The translations under genes were made by a program, and so were the position numbers. Source: Malacoraja senta (taxonomy: Eukaryota). From it: a DNA stretch of 64,000 bases. This document shows positions 63,243 to 64,000 of the stretch, piece after piece. Location: assembly GCA_038087875.1 (NCBI GenBank), contig CM075990.1, positions 2,172,001 through 2,236,000 on the forward strand, given 5' to 3'. The stretch's first letter is position 1; each line of letters begins with the position of its first letter. The notes beneath the pieces are model-generated. The model ran no database searches and was not told the DNA's origin. It was given only the letters and a program-made list of their open reading frames with translations.

Positions 63243-64000
63243 ATAAAAGTGTACTAGTGGAAACATCCTCTCTGCATCTACACACAAGTAACTGCCAGAG
63301 CCAATTTTTAACCTCAGTGTTAAAACGTTCCTGCTGCAGGTTTAACTGAGATAACAAAAGACATGCTGATTGATTCCGAAACCTTTCCTAAACGCTCCAC
63401 ACCACAATGTGCATTTATTTGTTCAGAAGTTCAGCAAGCTGATTATTTTATTGATGTGGAACAATCAATAGCAGCTTGCAATCTCCTTTCAAATGAGTGA
63501 TGGGAGATTTACTAATGCAGAATGTTTTTGCAGTCTCCAGAGAGGGACTGAGAGAAGAAACACATTCAACATCTTCTCCGCTGTTTGGAGATGTTTGGTG
63601 TCTAATGTTGGCATTCCTGTTAAGTGTTGCGGATGTTTCATTGGGTGAACTATTCTCTCCTCTTGCTATCCTGCCCTCTATAGATTTTGTTTTCAAGTCT
63701 GTGAGAGTCTGACTCGTGGACTACTTAAAACATGCACTTAACTCTGTGCAATATGTCTGGGGAATGAGCTGCCGGAGGAGGTAGCTATGACAATAACTAC
63801 ATTTAAAAGATGTTGGAACAGGTACATGGGTTGGAAAGGTTTAGAGGTGTATACCAGGGACAGCAGGCCTATTTGTTTGCAAGATAGATACAAAATGCTG
63901 GAGTAACTCAGCGGGACAGGCAGCATCTCTTGAGAGAAGGAATGGGTGATGTTTCAGGTCGAGACCCTTCCATTTTGTTTTTTTCATTGCTCCATAGATG

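Noticed and set aside
63448..63712. Possible host exon (82-aa minus ORF or 71-aa plus ORF in non-repeat DNA)
   Set aside because: No recognisable domain and no convincing acceptor/donor pair. It would need RNA-seq or homology support.

Overview
Eukaryotic, almost entirely repeat-derived DNA, probably intronic or intergenic. I found no host protein-coding exon I can support. The repeat families point to an elasmobranch, likely a skate or ray (inference): tRNA-headed V-SINEs of the HE1 type, many 5'-truncated CR1 (HER1-like) LINEs, Rex1/Babar-type LINE ends, and Penelope-like GIY-YIG remnants. The window also holds a decayed DD34E Tc1 transposon, Harbinger-, Tc1/pogo- and hAT-type MITEs, 40-bp and 15-bp minisatellites, long (CA)n and purine tracts, two 200-N gaps, and a ~7.6 kb direct duplication next to a gap that may be a false haplotype duplication. 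Two things stand out. (1) A very abundant short Penelope-derived element carries a minimal hammerhead-ribozyme-like core (CUGAAGA-A-stem II-GAAACGUC) and inserts as TSD-flanked single arms or hairpins. (2) Three old kb-scale inverted duplications mirror non-repeat flanking DNA as well as repeats. All family assignments come from motif recognition, not database searches.
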